Shown: in pieces, positions 33,911 to 43,518 of the stretch | How the letters are laid out: every line of letters begins with the position of its first letter | Numbering within the stretch: position 1 is the first letter of the stretch | Source: Dehalococcoidia bacterium | GTDB taxonomy: Bacteria > Chloroflexota > Dehalococcoidia > Lucifugimonadales > CAUZJF01 | Direction: 5' to 3' | Assembly (NCBI GenBank): GCA_965247255.1 | Contig: CBDFGS010000009.1 | Coordinates: 416,964-480,963 of the forward strand | DNA length: 64,000 bases | The notes under the pieces: generated by a model | Seen by the model: the letters and a program-made list of their open reading frames with translations, nothing else | The model's database searches: none | Told to the model about the DNA's origin: nothing | Program-made: the position numbers and the translations under genes

Positions 33911-35533
33911 CTACTCCGGGAGGCCCGCCCCAACGCGATACCAGAGTGTTTCGTTCTGGGACGCCGGGTGCGAGTACAGCGAATTCAGGTTTTGCAGCGT
34001 CACGAAGCTAAAGAGTAGCGCTATTGCCGCGACGACCGCGAGGGCCGGCACTCGTCCTCTCATCGAGTGCAAGATACCGCTGAGCGCGATGCCTGCCGCC
34101 GCGAACACAGCCGGTGTGGCCACGATCAGGCGAGCGAACACGCCCGCGTCCGCGGTCAGGCCCGCGGCCACGATGGCGGTGGCGGCCAAGACCAAAAGGA
34201 ACGCGTAGTTGCGCTCTCTCCATCGCCACAGGGCTATCAGCAAGCCGATCACGGCCAGCGACGCGGTCACAGGGTCCAGAAGTCGGGTGCTCCCCCCGTC
34301 ATCGTCGGGGTCGCGGGTGCTCAACAGAAGCGTCCCTACCCTGCTCCGGACACGGCCCATCACGTAGCGCGACTCCTCCATGACGCCGCCGAGCTCCCGG
34401 TACTCGGGTGTGCTGGACACCGCTATTGCGCGCACCTCATCGGCTACGCGGCCGGGGTTCGCCGCCAAGAATCCGAGATAAGGCAACGCCACCACCGCCG
34501 CCGCGGCGAAGAACAGCGCGGCACGACGGACAACAGGGCCAAGCGGCTGATCGCCGGCGAGGAGCTCCCGGGCCCACAGGACCGCGACCGCGGCAACGAA
34601 GATTAGATACGCGTTGTGGTAGTACACGCCCGATCCGAGTGCCGCACCCGCCAGCACCAGTAGCCGTCTCCGGCGACGGTTATCCACACCCTCTTCGAGC
34701 GCCTCGAAGAGGGCGTAAGCCGCGACCATCTCCACCAGGGGCAGCCAAACGACGGGCAACGCCAGCCTGCTGTAGCTGAGGTGCCAGACACTCAGTGCCA
34801 GCAACAGACTGGCCGCAACGGCGGTCCGGAAGCCGAACAGGCTTCGACAGAGCAGGAACATGATGCCGACAGTCACGAGGCCGGCGAATGCGGACAGCAA
34901 TCGCATCTCTTGAGCGCCGTCGCCCAGCGCCGCGGTCCAACCGGCCAGAATGTAGATAACGCCCGGCGGCTGGCCGCTGGTCAGCTCCGTCCAGAAACCG
35001 ATGGAGGACTGCTGCTCCAAGACCGCCGCGGCCGCCTGGCGGGCGACCACCTCCGCCTGAATGAAGGCCGGCGGAACGTCGCCGAGCCTGAAGAACCGAA
35101 CGAAGACCGCGGCGGAAAAGGCGAGGATTACGCCCGCACGGGCGAGAGCGAGGTCACGGTCGGCGTATGGGGCCAAGTGTGAGTCAAGGGACGGCGTCTC
35201 AGCCCGGGGCGCGGCCTCGTCCGTCGCTGAGTGCACCGCGACGCGATGCGCCCGCGTCGGCACAAGGGGCGCCCAGCACTGCGCGCAGTACAGCAGTGAC
35301 GGAGCGTTACGCGTGCCGCAAGAGATGCAGTGGCCGGCCGGAGTTCTTGCGGCTTCCAACGTATGGGCGGCGCTCGAAGCCCCGGCGGGCCCGTTCGGCC
35401 CTTCCCGCGTTTCGGGGGTCGCGGTCGTCGCTACCCTGGTCCGCGCCGGTGGGGCCAGGGGCGCCCAGCAGCTGCGGCAGTATAGAAGCTCGCTCGGATT
35501 GGACGCGTCGCACGAGGCGCAGATACGGGACAT
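33911..35533 (-). CDS. GT39/ArnT-like polytopic glycosyltransferase with two N-terminal zinc-ribbon motifs
   Basis: 540 aa. The N-terminus has CASC...CRSC and CISC...CAQC. About 11 TM helices follow with a PMT_2/ArnT-like pattern (RLLSAFAGLVTVGIMFLLCRSLFGFRTAVAASLLLALS). Confidence 0.55.
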   Translation of the reverse strand: MSRICASCDASNPSELLYCRSCWAPLAPPARTRVATTATPETREGPNGPAGASSAAHTLEAARTPAGHCISCGTRNAPSLLYCAQCWAPLVPTRAHRVAVHSATDEAAPRAETPSLDSHLAPYADRDLALARAGVILAFSAAVFVRFFRLGDVPPAFIQAEVVARQAAAAVLEQQSSIGFWTELTSGQPPGVIYILAGWTAALGDGAQEMRLLSAFAGLVTVGIMFLLCRSLFGFRTAVAASLLLALSVWHLSYSRLALPVVWLPLVEMVAAYALFEALEEGVDNRRRRRLLVLAGAALGSGVYYHNAYLIFVAAVAVLWARELLAGDQPLGPVVRRAALFFAAAAVVALPYLGFLAANPGRVADEVRAIAVSSTPEYRELGGVMEESRYVMGRVRSRVGTLLLSTRDPDDDGGSTRLLDPVTASLAVIGLLIALWRWRERNYAFLLVLAATAIVAAGLTADAGVFARLIVATPAVFAAAGIALSGILHSMRGRVPALAVVAAIALLFSFVTLQNLNSLYSHPASQNETLWYRVGAGLPE

Positions 35534-36315
35534 CAGACCTGTAGCGTTACCTCTCCGGCGACTACCGTGACGGTAGTGCCGTCAGGCCTGGCGAGGACGA
35601 GGCTACCCTGGTCGTCGACGCTTTCCGCGCGGCCCTCCAATAGCCTGTCGCGCCACTGAACCTTGACGTCGCGCCCAAGCGTGTCTATTCGCTCCGCCCA
35701 CTGCTCGGTCAGGTTCTCCCCTGCCCTGACGGCGGAGTACAGGTCGTCGAGGTGAATCAATACCCTGAGGAGCACCTCGGTCCTGTCCACATCGCGGCCC
35801 AACTCGCGAGATAGGCTTGTAGCCGGCGGCGCTATCTCGGCTAACCTAGAACGGTCGAGGTTTACGTTCACGCCGATGCCGACTACGGCGAAGCGCGGCT
35901 CGCCAGCCACGATGGCGCTCTCGATCAGGATACCGGCAACCTTGCGCCCGCGGATCCTCACGTCGTTGGGCCACTTGATGGTGGCCTCCAGGCCGGTGAC
36001 CTCCGCTGCCACCTTACACACCGCGAGGGTCGCGGCCATGTTAACCGAGGGAAGCTGGCCGACGCTGGGTCTGAGCACAACGGAGAACAGGACGTCTTGT
36101 CCCTCAGAGGACGACCAGGGGCGGGCGAAGCGACCGCGGCCCGCGGTCTGCTGCTCCGCCAGCACCACCGTGCCCTCCACGGCGTCATTTTCCGCAAGCC
36201 GCCGGGCTTCGTCCATGGTGGAGGCGAGCTGGTCGAAGTGAAGCAGCCGCGCCCCGACCAGGCGGCCGGCGAGCCTGCGTCTCAGCTCAGCTACGTCGAG
36301 GTGTTGTTTTGGCAA
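35533..36315 (-). CDS. birA: biotin--[acetyl-CoA-carboxylase] ligase
   Basis: QQTAGRGRFARPW and IKWPNDV motifs. I start at the TTG at 36315 (MPKQHLDVAELRRRL). The upstream 115 codons of the 375-aa track ORF are an out-of-frame shadow of the neighbouring gene. Confidence 0.85.
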   Translation of the reverse strand: MPKQHLDVAELRRRLAGRLVGARLLHFDQLASTMDEARRLAENDAVEGTVVLAEQQTAGRGRFARPWSSSEGQDVLFSVVLRPSVGQLPSVNMAATLAVCKVAAEVTGLEATIKWPNDVRIRGRKVAGILIESAIVAGEPRFAVVGIGVNVNLDRSRLAEIAPPATSLSRELGRDVDRTEVLLRVLIHLDDLYSAVRAGENLTEQWAERIDTLGRDVKVQWRDRLLEGRAESVDDQGSLVLARPDGTTVTVVAGEVTLQV

Positions 36316-36742
36316 GCAGTATGGGTACTTCCACTCCGTCAGCAGCCTGACACCGGGCAATGATCTCGCTGGTAGAGATGCCTTTCGTATAGCGCAATGT
36401 GCGAAAGATTCCCTTCTCGACAGGGACCTTGTAGTATTGCGTTTGCTGCGCTTGGGAGTAGTCGTCGCCGTGCACCACGAGGTGGATGTCATACTTCTCG
36501 ATCCAGGAGGGGTCGAACCTCCAGGGGGCGTTGGGAATGACCTCGTCCACGTAGCGGCACCCGGCCACGGACGCAACACGTTCTTCCATTGTGAGGATGG
36601 GTCTCGGCTTGCAGGCCTCGACGACATCATCGGCGCAGACGCCCACCAGAAGGTAGTCACCCAGGGCGCGGGCCTGTCTCAGGAACTCTACGTGTCCATA
36701 GTGGAACAGGTCTGCGACCATGTCTGTGTACACTCGAATCAC
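36287..36742 (-). CDS. cytidylyltransferase, TagD/CCT/ECT family (CDP-alcohol synthesis)
   Basis: 151 aa: VADLFHYGHVEFLRQA (HxGH motif)...LLVGVCADD...CRYVDEVIPNAPW...VVHGDDY...GISTSEII. Confidence 0.85.
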   Translation of the reverse strand: MIRVYTDMVADLFHYGHVEFLRQARALGDYLLVGVCADDVVEACKPRPILTMEERVASVAGCRYVDEVIPNAPWRFDPSWIEKYDIHLVVHGDDYSQAQQTQYYKVPVEKGIFRTLRYTKGISTSEIIARCQAADGVEVPILLAKTTPRRS

Positions 36743-36813
36743 GGTTGCACCTCCTTTGATCCGTCAGCCACACGCCCCTGGACCGCTCACCGGAGCCCGG
36801 TTCCACGGCGAGC

Positions 36814-37722
36814 TTATGCTGAGGACAGCGTCATAAGGCGTCCGGAGGGTGACGAAGGGTCCGGCCTATAAACATACGTACCACCTGGAGTCATGGTCTC
36901 CTGGTAGAGTACTTCCTCATGGCTGTCGTGCCTGATGACCAGCGCGTACCATTCTTCACCGGGCAGATAGAACCTTGCGTAGCCCCGCCCGTTGGTCCTG
37001 AAGAGGCCCAGCCCGGCAATCACGACCTCCGCGCCGGAAACCGGCTTGTCCTCATGGTCGAGGACGCTGAGCCTGCAAGCGCGCCATCGAAGGATGTGCC
37101 TCGAGAGGAGCTGCCTCAGCCTCCCTGCATTGCCGGGAAGGGGAGACTCCGGAATCATCTCCATGATGTCTTTCTCATACCCCGTTTTCTTTGGGGTCAT
37201 CCAGTCCTCCCCGTACTTGAAACGCAGGTATTCCTCGGGTGGATTTGGCACAAAGAACTTCTCGCCGATGAAGTCGATCTCCCTCAGTTGATCGAACAGT
37301 CTCACAGGGGTCCGGACCCCGGGGAACTGGTATATGTTATCGTCGATGATCCGACAGGCGATCCAGTCCGTCCTTATCGAAGACTTCACCATTGCCAGGG
37401 CCATATAGTGCGCACTTTGTTCCGCCTTGACGAAGTAGCCGTTATCCCTGAAGGCATGGGCAACAGGGCCTATCGACTTCTCGGTAAGCCCGTGCATACC
37501 GAGCACCGAGCCAAGGTCCAGGTCGTCGTCCCACGGAATGAAGGCGTTGTCCCTGACTGCGCCGAGACATGTGCCCTGCCGAAGAAAGAACACGACTCCC
37601 AGCCGGTCCATGATCTGCTTACATTCTTTCAGCATGCGTTCAGCGGTAGCTACATCCAACGGCCGCTGGATCGCATACGATCGTTCCAGGGCTGCCTCGT
37701 CGGCTCCTTCGCTCGATAACAT
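36814..37722 (-). CDS. LicD family phosphotransferase with a C-terminal beta-sandwich-like extension
   Basis: 302 aa: FFLRQGTCLGAVRDNAFIPWDDDLDLG. The C-terminal ~90 aa resemble a carboxypeptidase-regulatory-like domain (VLDHEDKPVSGAEVVIAG...TNGRGYARFYLPGEEWYALVI). Confidence 0.8.
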   Translation of the reverse strand: MLSSEGADEAALERSYAIQRPLDVATAERMLKECKQIMDRLGVVFFLRQGTCLGAVRDNAFIPWDDDLDLGSVLGMHGLTEKSIGPVAHAFRDNGYFVKAEQSAHYMALAMVKSSIRTDWIACRIIDDNIYQFPGVRTPVRLFDQLREIDFIGEKFFVPNPPEEYLRFKYGEDWMTPKKTGYEKDIMEMIPESPLPGNAGRLRQLLSRHILRWRACRLSVLDHEDKPVSGAEVVIAGLGLFRTNGRGYARFYLPGEEWYALVIRHDSHEEVLYQETMTPGGTYVYRPDPSSPSGRLMTLSSA

Positions 37723-37831
37723 GTCTTCTCCCCAGTATTATCTCTCTCACGATGGCGGGCCGATGTTACGGGCCCTTGTCCAGAGGTGTCAACTGCGTAC
37801 ACCTGTGGGCGCACCTCGAGGCTGTTAGACA

Positions 37832-38953
37832 GTGGAATACGACCTGGTACTGAAGGGCGGCACCGTCGTCGATCCCTCGCAGGGGCTGCACGACGTGCGC
37901 GACGTGGCCCTGTCCCAGGGCGTGGTGGCGGCTGTGGAGCCGGACATCGCCGACGGCCGGGAGGTGTTCGACGCGCGGGGCCTGATCGTGACCCCGGGCC
38001 TGATCGACCTGCACGTGCACGTGTTCTGGGGCGCCTCCCAGTACGGGATCGACCCAGACCCGGTCCACGTCGCCCACGGAGCGACGACCGTGCTGGACGT
38101 CGGCTCGTCGGGGGCGCGCACGTTCCCGGCCTTCCGACGGTACGTGATCGAGCGCTCGCAGACCCGTGTGTTCGCGCTGCTTAACATCTCGAGCCTTGGG
38201 ATGGTCACGGGCTACGGCGCGCTAGAGGACCCGCGTTGGGCGAATGTGGAAGAGGCCGCAGAGGCGGGGCGCAGGAACCGCGACGTGGTGCTTGGTGTCA
38301 AGGCGAGGATCCCTCCGCAGGACGAGGAGCCGTACATCGAGATCGTGCGGCGTGGGATAGAGGCAGCGGAGGCTTTCGGCGGGTTCTTCATGCTGCACAC
38401 CGGGGGGCCGAGCGTGCCCTTCGACCGGTTGGCAGAGATGCTGCGTCCTGGCGACGTGGCGACACACGCGTTCCGTGGAGGCTCGTTCATTCTGGACGAG
38501 TCCGGCCGCGTCCACGAGTCCGTATGGGAGGCGCGGAGGCGTGGCGTCGTCTTCGACGTCGGCCACGGCGGGGGCAGCTTCTCGTTCGACACTGCTCGCA
38601 AAGCCCTTGATCAGGGCTTCAGGCCCGGCAGCATCAGCAGCGACCTGCACATCGGCAACGTCGAGGGCCCCGTATACGATCTGGTGACGACGCTATCGAA
38701 GTTCCTCCACCTGGGCCTTTCGCTCGACGAGGTGATCAAGCTGAGCACACACGCGCCGGCAACGGTGATGGGAGTCGCAGAGAAGCTTGGGACGCTCAAG
38801 GTAGGCGCTCATGGCGATGCGACGGTGCTAAGGCTCGACGCGGGCCGGTTCACTTTGACCGACGCGCCCCGGGAGTCGGTCGAGGCGCGCCAACGGCTGA
38901 GCCACGTGGCGACGGTGCGCGCGGGGCGGGTGTACCGGCCGTGGTTGGGGTGA
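37832..38953 (+). CDS. amidohydrolase-superfamily metallohydrolase (dihydroorotase/deacetylase-like)
   Basis: 373 aa: LVLKGGTVVDP...VTPGLIDLHVHVF...VKARI...HTGG...DVGHGGGSF...SSDLH. Confidence 0.8.
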   Translation: MEYDLVLKGGTVVDPSQGLHDVRDVALSQGVVAAVEPDIADGREVFDARGLIVTPGLIDLHVHVFWGASQYGIDPDPVHVAHGATTVLDVGSSGARTFPAFRRYVIERSQTRVFALLNISSLGMVTGYGALEDPRWANVEEAAEAGRRNRDVVLGVKARIPPQDEEPYIEIVRRGIEAAEAFGGFFMLHTGGPSVPFDRLAEMLRPGDVATHAFRGGSFILDESGRVHESVWEARRRGVVFDVGHGGGSFSFDTARKALDQGFRPGSISSDLHIGNVEGPVYDLVTTLSKFLHLGLSLDEVIKLSTHAPATVMGVAEKLGTLKVGAHGDATVLRLDAGRFTLTDAPRESVEARQRLSHVATVRAGRVYRPWLG

Positions 38954-39042
38954 GGCGGGAAAGGACGGGCAGCAACCGCATGGGCTAGTCTGTAGCGGAC
39001 AGGGAACGGCGTTTGCTGGGATTCTAGTAGGAACGAGAGCAG

Positions 39043-39411
39043 ATGGCGGAACCATACCTATCTCGCCTGGCGCAGATCATCGATGAGCTGGGGCCGTTGA
39101 AAGGCAGCGGCGCGACACTCGAGGCCAAGCATTTCTTCAGTGGAGCGGCGCTCTACGCCAACGGAAACATCTTCGCCACGCTGAGTCCGGCAGGCTTCGC
39201 GGTCAAGCTTCCTTTGGAGACCAGAAAGAGCTTGATCGAGGAGGGCAAAGGCACGGAGTTCAGGTTCTTCGCCAACGGTCCGATCAAGCGAGAGTACGTT
39301 GCTCTCTCAGAGTCGACGGTTGCCGATGAGGAATCGATTCGAGAGCTAATCGCATTGAGTATCGACTATACCCTTGGCACGCAGGACTCGAAGGGTGGGA
39401 CCGAGAAGTGA
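39043..39411 (+). CDS. TfoX N-terminal domain family protein
   Basis: 122 aa: AKHFFSGAALYANGNIFATLSPAGFAVKL. Confidence 0.65.
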   Translation: MAEPYLSRLAQIIDELGPLKGSGATLEAKHFFSGAALYANGNIFATLSPAGFAVKLPLETRKSLIEEGKGTEFRFFANGPIKREYVALSESTVADEESIRELIALSIDYTLGTQDSKGGTEK

Positions 39412-39444
39412 GACTGGCGCCTTTGTGAGTCAACAGTGCGCTCC

Positions 39445-40875
39445 CTACGCACCGTTCGAAGACGGCTTGATGTTCTGGTTAACCCGGAAGAAGTTGGTGG
39501 GGTCGTACCGGTCCTTCAGGTCCACCAGCCGGGCGTACTTCTCCGGACCATAAGCTGCCCTAGCCCGGTCCTCGCCCTCGTCGCCCAGGAAGTTGACGTA
39601 GACCCCCATAGAGTGGGGCTCCAGGGCCTCCGAAAAGTCCCGAGCCCAATTAACGTGAGGCGCGGGGTCTCCGTCCTCCCACGAAGCGTTGCAGTTGACG
39701 GCGTACGCGGCCTTGCGGTGACTGTAGGCGGTGGCGTTCTCGTCGACGTCGGCGACAGCGCCACCTAGCTGGAAAATCGGGACGATCGTGTGGGGCGACG
39801 TTATGGCGTTGCAGTGCTCGACGATGACATCGATGGCGCCGTCGGATAGCTCCGGGAGGTCCTCGGACTTCCAGTAGTATTTGCGACCCGGGGGCTGGAC
39901 CGCATCCAGCATCGACTGGTGCGCGTTGAACGGCTTCGGCATCACCACGTCCGCAAGCGGATCGCCGAACCGGCGGAGGTCATCGAGCAGCCGCTCGCCC
40001 TCGTCTATCGGTCCCTGGTAGCAAACGAAGAAAGCGGCGATAGGCTTGCCGTGAAGCTCCGGCGGAAGGAACGGGACCGGCGGCGCCCACCGCAGGGCGA
40101 AGATTGTGCAGAGCTCGGGTGGCGCGTTGGCCACCCAGTCGCGATGGTATCTAAGGAGCCGCGCCGCGTCCGCCATCGGGTGTACGACCGCCCCCGCAAG
40201 CACGGTCGGACCCACCGGATGGACATTGTAATTGAATGACGTTACAACGCCGAAGTTGCCACCGCCGCCCCGGATGCCCCAGAAAAGGTCCGCGTTCTCC
40301 TCCTCGCTGGCGGTGACCAGTTCGCCGTCGGCAGTTACGACGTCGGCCGAGACGAGGTTGTCGCAGGTCAGGCCGAGCTTGGGTGAGAGCCAGCCGAAGC
40401 CTCCGCCCAGCGTAAGTCCCGCGACGCCGGTGGTGGTTACGATTCCGGCGGGGACGGCCAACCCAAAGGCCTGGGTCTCGTGGTCCAAGTCACCCAGCGT
40501 CGCGCCCGGCTGGACGCGGGCGGTGCGTACGACGCGGTCGACGTGGACCCCCTTCATACCAGACAAGTCGATGACGATTCCGCCGTCGCATAGTGCTGTG
40601 CCGGCCACGCTGTGGCCTCCACCTTTGACCGCCACCAACAGCTCGCGCTCTCTGGCGAAACGTATGGCCGCCATGACGTCCGCGACGCCGCTACATTGGG
40701 CGATAAGTCCGGGACGCTTATCTATCATCCCGTTCCAGATGGTGCGCGCGGCGTCGTAACCCTCGTCGCCCTGTCGCAGGAGCGGTCCTCTGAGGCCTGA
40801 CCGAAGACCATCTATTGACGCCTCGGTTAGGACGTTGCCCTCCGTGTCGACGACGGCCTGCCGTGTTCTAGTCAT
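39445..40875 (-). CDS. FAD-binding oxidoreductase, BBE/vanillyl-alcohol-oxidase-like
   Basis: 476 aa: VAVKGGGHSVAG...GGGFGWLS...GGGGNFGVVT, and a C-terminal BBE-like YVNFLGDEG...RLVDLKDRYDPTNFFRVNQNI. Confidence 0.85.
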   Translation of the reverse strand: MTRTRQAVVDTEGNVLTEASIDGLRSGLRGPLLRQGDEGYDAARTIWNGMIDKRPGLIAQCSGVADVMAAIRFARERELLVAVKGGGHSVAGTALCDGGIVIDLSGMKGVHVDRVVRTARVQPGATLGDLDHETQAFGLAVPAGIVTTTGVAGLTLGGGFGWLSPKLGLTCDNLVSADVVTADGELVTASEEENADLFWGIRGGGGNFGVVTSFNYNVHPVGPTVLAGAVVHPMADAARLLRYHRDWVANAPPELCTIFALRWAPPVPFLPPELHGKPIAAFFVCYQGPIDEGERLLDDLRRFGDPLADVVMPKPFNAHQSMLDAVQPPGRKYYWKSEDLPELSDGAIDVIVEHCNAITSPHTIVPIFQLGGAVADVDENATAYSHRKAAYAVNCNASWEDGDPAPHVNWARDFSEALEPHSMGVYVNFLGDEGEDRARAAYGPEKYARLVDLKDRYDPTNFFRVNQNIKPSSNGA

Positions 40876-41111
40876 TAACTACCTTCCATATGTACAGAAT
40901 GACCAACTCAACGTCCGCGAGGATGATACCAGGGGCTAGTTAGTTAAATTGCGCTCACTGAGGACGACTTTGACCTCGTGGCTGCTTGCTGACTCATTTC
41001 GTAAAACGAACCAGTATCTCGCCCGTCAGCGAGTCATTAAGACACTAGATATTGGCCTGCAGAGGGCTCGGCGCGATCGATGGATGGCACACGGCCGCAT
41101 CGCCCGACACG

Positions 41112-42116
41112 CTAATTTGTCGCCAGGACGTCCTTCAGCTCTCCCCGGCGGAAGGCGAGCGCGTCGTCGATCATGCGGAAGATGTCGTACTGGGGGCTGA
41201 AGCCGATGAGGGTGCGCGCTTTGGTGAGGTCGTATTCGTAAAACGTGGGCGTACCCGCGACTCGCACGTCGACGTATGGGATGTCGAGCGCTTTCGACAG
41301 GTATGGCGCCACCTCGTCGGTGGTGAAGGCGCTGGGACCCCCGAGCTGGAAGGTCTCGCCCATCGCCTCGGGCTTATCCAGGGCGCAGACGCACCCGTGC
41401 ACGATGTCGCGGACGTCGCCCATGTGCTTCTTGTAGGGTCTGCCGTTCCCGTCGCGTAGTAGTACTATCGCCTCCTCGCCCTTCCACAGGGCTTTCAGCT
41501 CGGGTTTTCCCAGCTGTTTGCTCAGGTAGAAGAGGCCGTAGTCGACGATCTCGCCCGCGCCGGCGGTGTTGCAGAAGCGGAGCACCGTGGAAGGGACCCA
41601 GCCGGATCGATTGTAGGCGATGCACATCTCCTCGCCCATCGATTTGGAGAGGCCGTACCAGCCCCGCGGGCGCCTGGGCATTTCGTCCTCGCGTATAGGC
41701 TCAGCCATCCCGCCGGGGGCGTACTTCTCGTAGACCGAGTCGGTACCGGCGAACAGCACGTGTCGAACTGAGTGTGTATTTTTTGCGGCTTCGAGAACGT
41801 TGAAGGTCCCACGGACGGTCGTCTCGAAGTAGTCCTCGGTGTCGAACGGCCCGCCTCCCTGAAAGGCGGCGCCCAGGTGGTAGACCGCTTCCACACCCTC
41901 GACGGCGTTCTGCACGTCCGCAGGGTCGGTGAGCGTACCGTAAGTTAGCTCTACGTCGAGGCCATCCAGCTTCTCGACGCGCGGGTCCTTCTCCCAGACG
42001 AGACCGCGCACCTCGTGCCCTTCCTTGACGAGAGCGGCCGCGAGATTAGCGCCTATCCTGCCGGTTACGCCGGTTACCAGTACTCGCATGGGACCTCCTT
42101 GGGTGCTGACGGGCAA
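41112..42116 (-). CDS. NAD-dependent epimerase/dehydratase (extended SDR)
   Basis: 334 aa with Rossmann motif VTGVTGRIGANL and catalytic YGLSK. Confidence 0.85.
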   Translation of the reverse strand: MPVSTQGGPMRVLVTGVTGRIGANLAAALVKEGHEVRGLVWEKDPRVEKLDGLDVELTYGTLTDPADVQNAVEGVEAVYHLGAAFQGGGPFDTEDYFETTVRGTFNVLEAAKNTHSVRHVLFAGTDSVYEKYAPGGMAEPIREDEMPRRPRGWYGLSKSMGEEMCIAYNRSGWVPSTVLRFCNTAGAGEIVDYGLFYLSKQLGKPELKALWKGEEAIVLLRDGNGRPYKKHMGDVRDIVHGCVCALDKPEAMGETFQLGGPSAFTTDEVAPYLSKALDIPYVDVRVAGTPTFYEYDLTKARTLIGFSPQYDIFRMIDDALAFRRGELKDVLATN

Positions 42117-42168
42117 GAACCACCCTCACCTCAGTCCTCTCCCGTCAAGGGGTTAAGGGAGAGGAGGT
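42117..42168. repeat. REP family CCACCCTCACCTCAGTCCTCTCCC...GGGAGAGGAGG
   Basis: Same family as 8393 and 18554, with a short insertion in the loop. Confidence 0.8.
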
Positions 42169-42225
42169 ATCTATTTCCGGGGCCGCGTGCTCTGAATTCG
42201 CGGTGCTGACTTACCCCATGGAGAA

Positions 42226-43485
42226 TTACGTGCCGCCCGCCTCTTCGGTCACGCGACGGTAGGCGCGCTCGAACTCTTCGGTCCCGTCGTCTTCCCAGCG
42301 CTCGACGTTAATTCCGCGGATCGCGCCCTCCTCCCGCCCGGTAATGCGCTTGATGTCCGGGGACGCGGTGGTATGGATATCGTGTCCGCCGGGCAGATGG
42401 ACGATCGCGACCATCCTGGGCGGCTTGTAAGGCTTCCGGCTCGCAGCTCGCGCCAGGGCCTCCTCGTCCACCTCGAAGCCCAGACCCGGCCCCTCAGGCA
42501 CCGGAGAGAACCCCTCGATCACGGGTATCCTCTCGGTGGTGATGTCCTCGTCGTACTGGTCCTCGCAGACCACGGAGTGGGCCGTGCACGTGGGCAGCAC
42601 CGCGGCCATGTGCAGCGTGAGCGCCTTGTTCAGGGTGGCGCCTGTCTGCTGGAGCAGGCACTGGATGTTGGCGAGTCCGTAGGCGTGCCCGAGGGCCAGC
42701 GTCGTGCCGATGCCCCCGCCGATCATATAGATGTCCGCCATGCCGTGCAGCATCTCCTGCGCTCCACCCAGCGATGGCGCGCCGCCGTGGACGATGGGAA
42801 GCTGCGTGCGCCCTCGCAAGTTGCGCCAGCCATCGACGTCGCTCTGGTCCAGCGGGTCCTCGATGTATCCGACGATAGGGTGCTCACGCTCAAGCTCCGC
42901 GACGATGGGCAGCACAGTCCCAAGGGTCCGGCCCCTGCGCCCGGTAAAGTCCCAGTGCAGCTTGAATCCCTCAGGCGCGACCTCAGCCGCGGCGCTGCTT
43001 TGCTCGAACACGTCCCAATAGGAAGCGGTGTGCATCTTGAAGACGGTGTAGCCCTGCGCCACGGCCCGCTCGATCTCGACCCGGAACACCTCAGGAGGGC
43101 ACGGCCTCGTCCACGCCGCCACGGACACGCCGTCGCGCCGCTTCTGGCCCATCAGCTTGTAGGCGGGGACCTCCAGGTGCTTCCCCATCACGTCGTAAAG
43201 GGCCATCCCGAGCGCCATGTGAAAGTCGTTGCCGATGAAGTCGAATGGGTCGCGGCCGGCGACCTGTTCGAGCTCGCTGTGTGGAGGCGGGGTGCTAACT
43301 CCTTCGTAATCGCCGTACCCGACGAGGCCGTTGTCGGTATGGACCTTTATCACCACGCGCTCGTCGATGCCCCCCATTCGGACGCGCCCGTTACGCTGGG
43401 CGTCGTAGCGTTTGGCGACGGGCACGACGATGGGGATTACCTCGACGTCAGTGACCTTCATGCGAGCATCCTCCTTGAACGCCAC
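42226..43485 (-). CDS. enolase-superfamily enzyme (mandelate racemase/muconate lactonizing family)
   Basis: 419 aa: IKVHTDNGLVGYGD...FKMH...LHWDFTGR...YIEDP...IVHGG. Confidence 0.75.
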   Translation of the reverse strand: MAFKEDARMKVTDVEVIPIVVPVAKRYDAQRNGRVRMGGIDERVVIKVHTDNGLVGYGDYEGVSTPPPHSELEQVAGRDPFDFIGNDFHMALGMALYDVMGKHLEVPAYKLMGQKRRDGVSVAAWTRPCPPEVFRVEIERAVAQGYTVFKMHTASYWDVFEQSSAAAEVAPEGFKLHWDFTGRRGRTLGTVLPIVAELEREHPIVGYIEDPLDQSDVDGWRNLRGRTQLPIVHGGAPSLGGAQEMLHGMADIYMIGGGIGTTLALGHAYGLANIQCLLQQTGATLNKALTLHMAAVLPTCTAHSVVCEDQYDEDITTERIPVIEGFSPVPEGPGLGFEVDEEALARAASRKPYKPPRMVAIVHLPGGHDIHTTASPDIKRITGREEGAIRGINVERWEDDGTEEFERAYRRVTEEAGGT

Positions 43486-43518
43486 AGCCCTTGTGACAGC
43501 GGCGCAGGCAATCGTTGG

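Noticed and set aside
35533-36660. Full 375-aa ORF as BirA with a long N-terminal extension
   Set aside because: The first 115 codons overlap the cytidylyltransferase gene out of frame and have a nonsense composition. BirA homology starts near the TTG at 36315.
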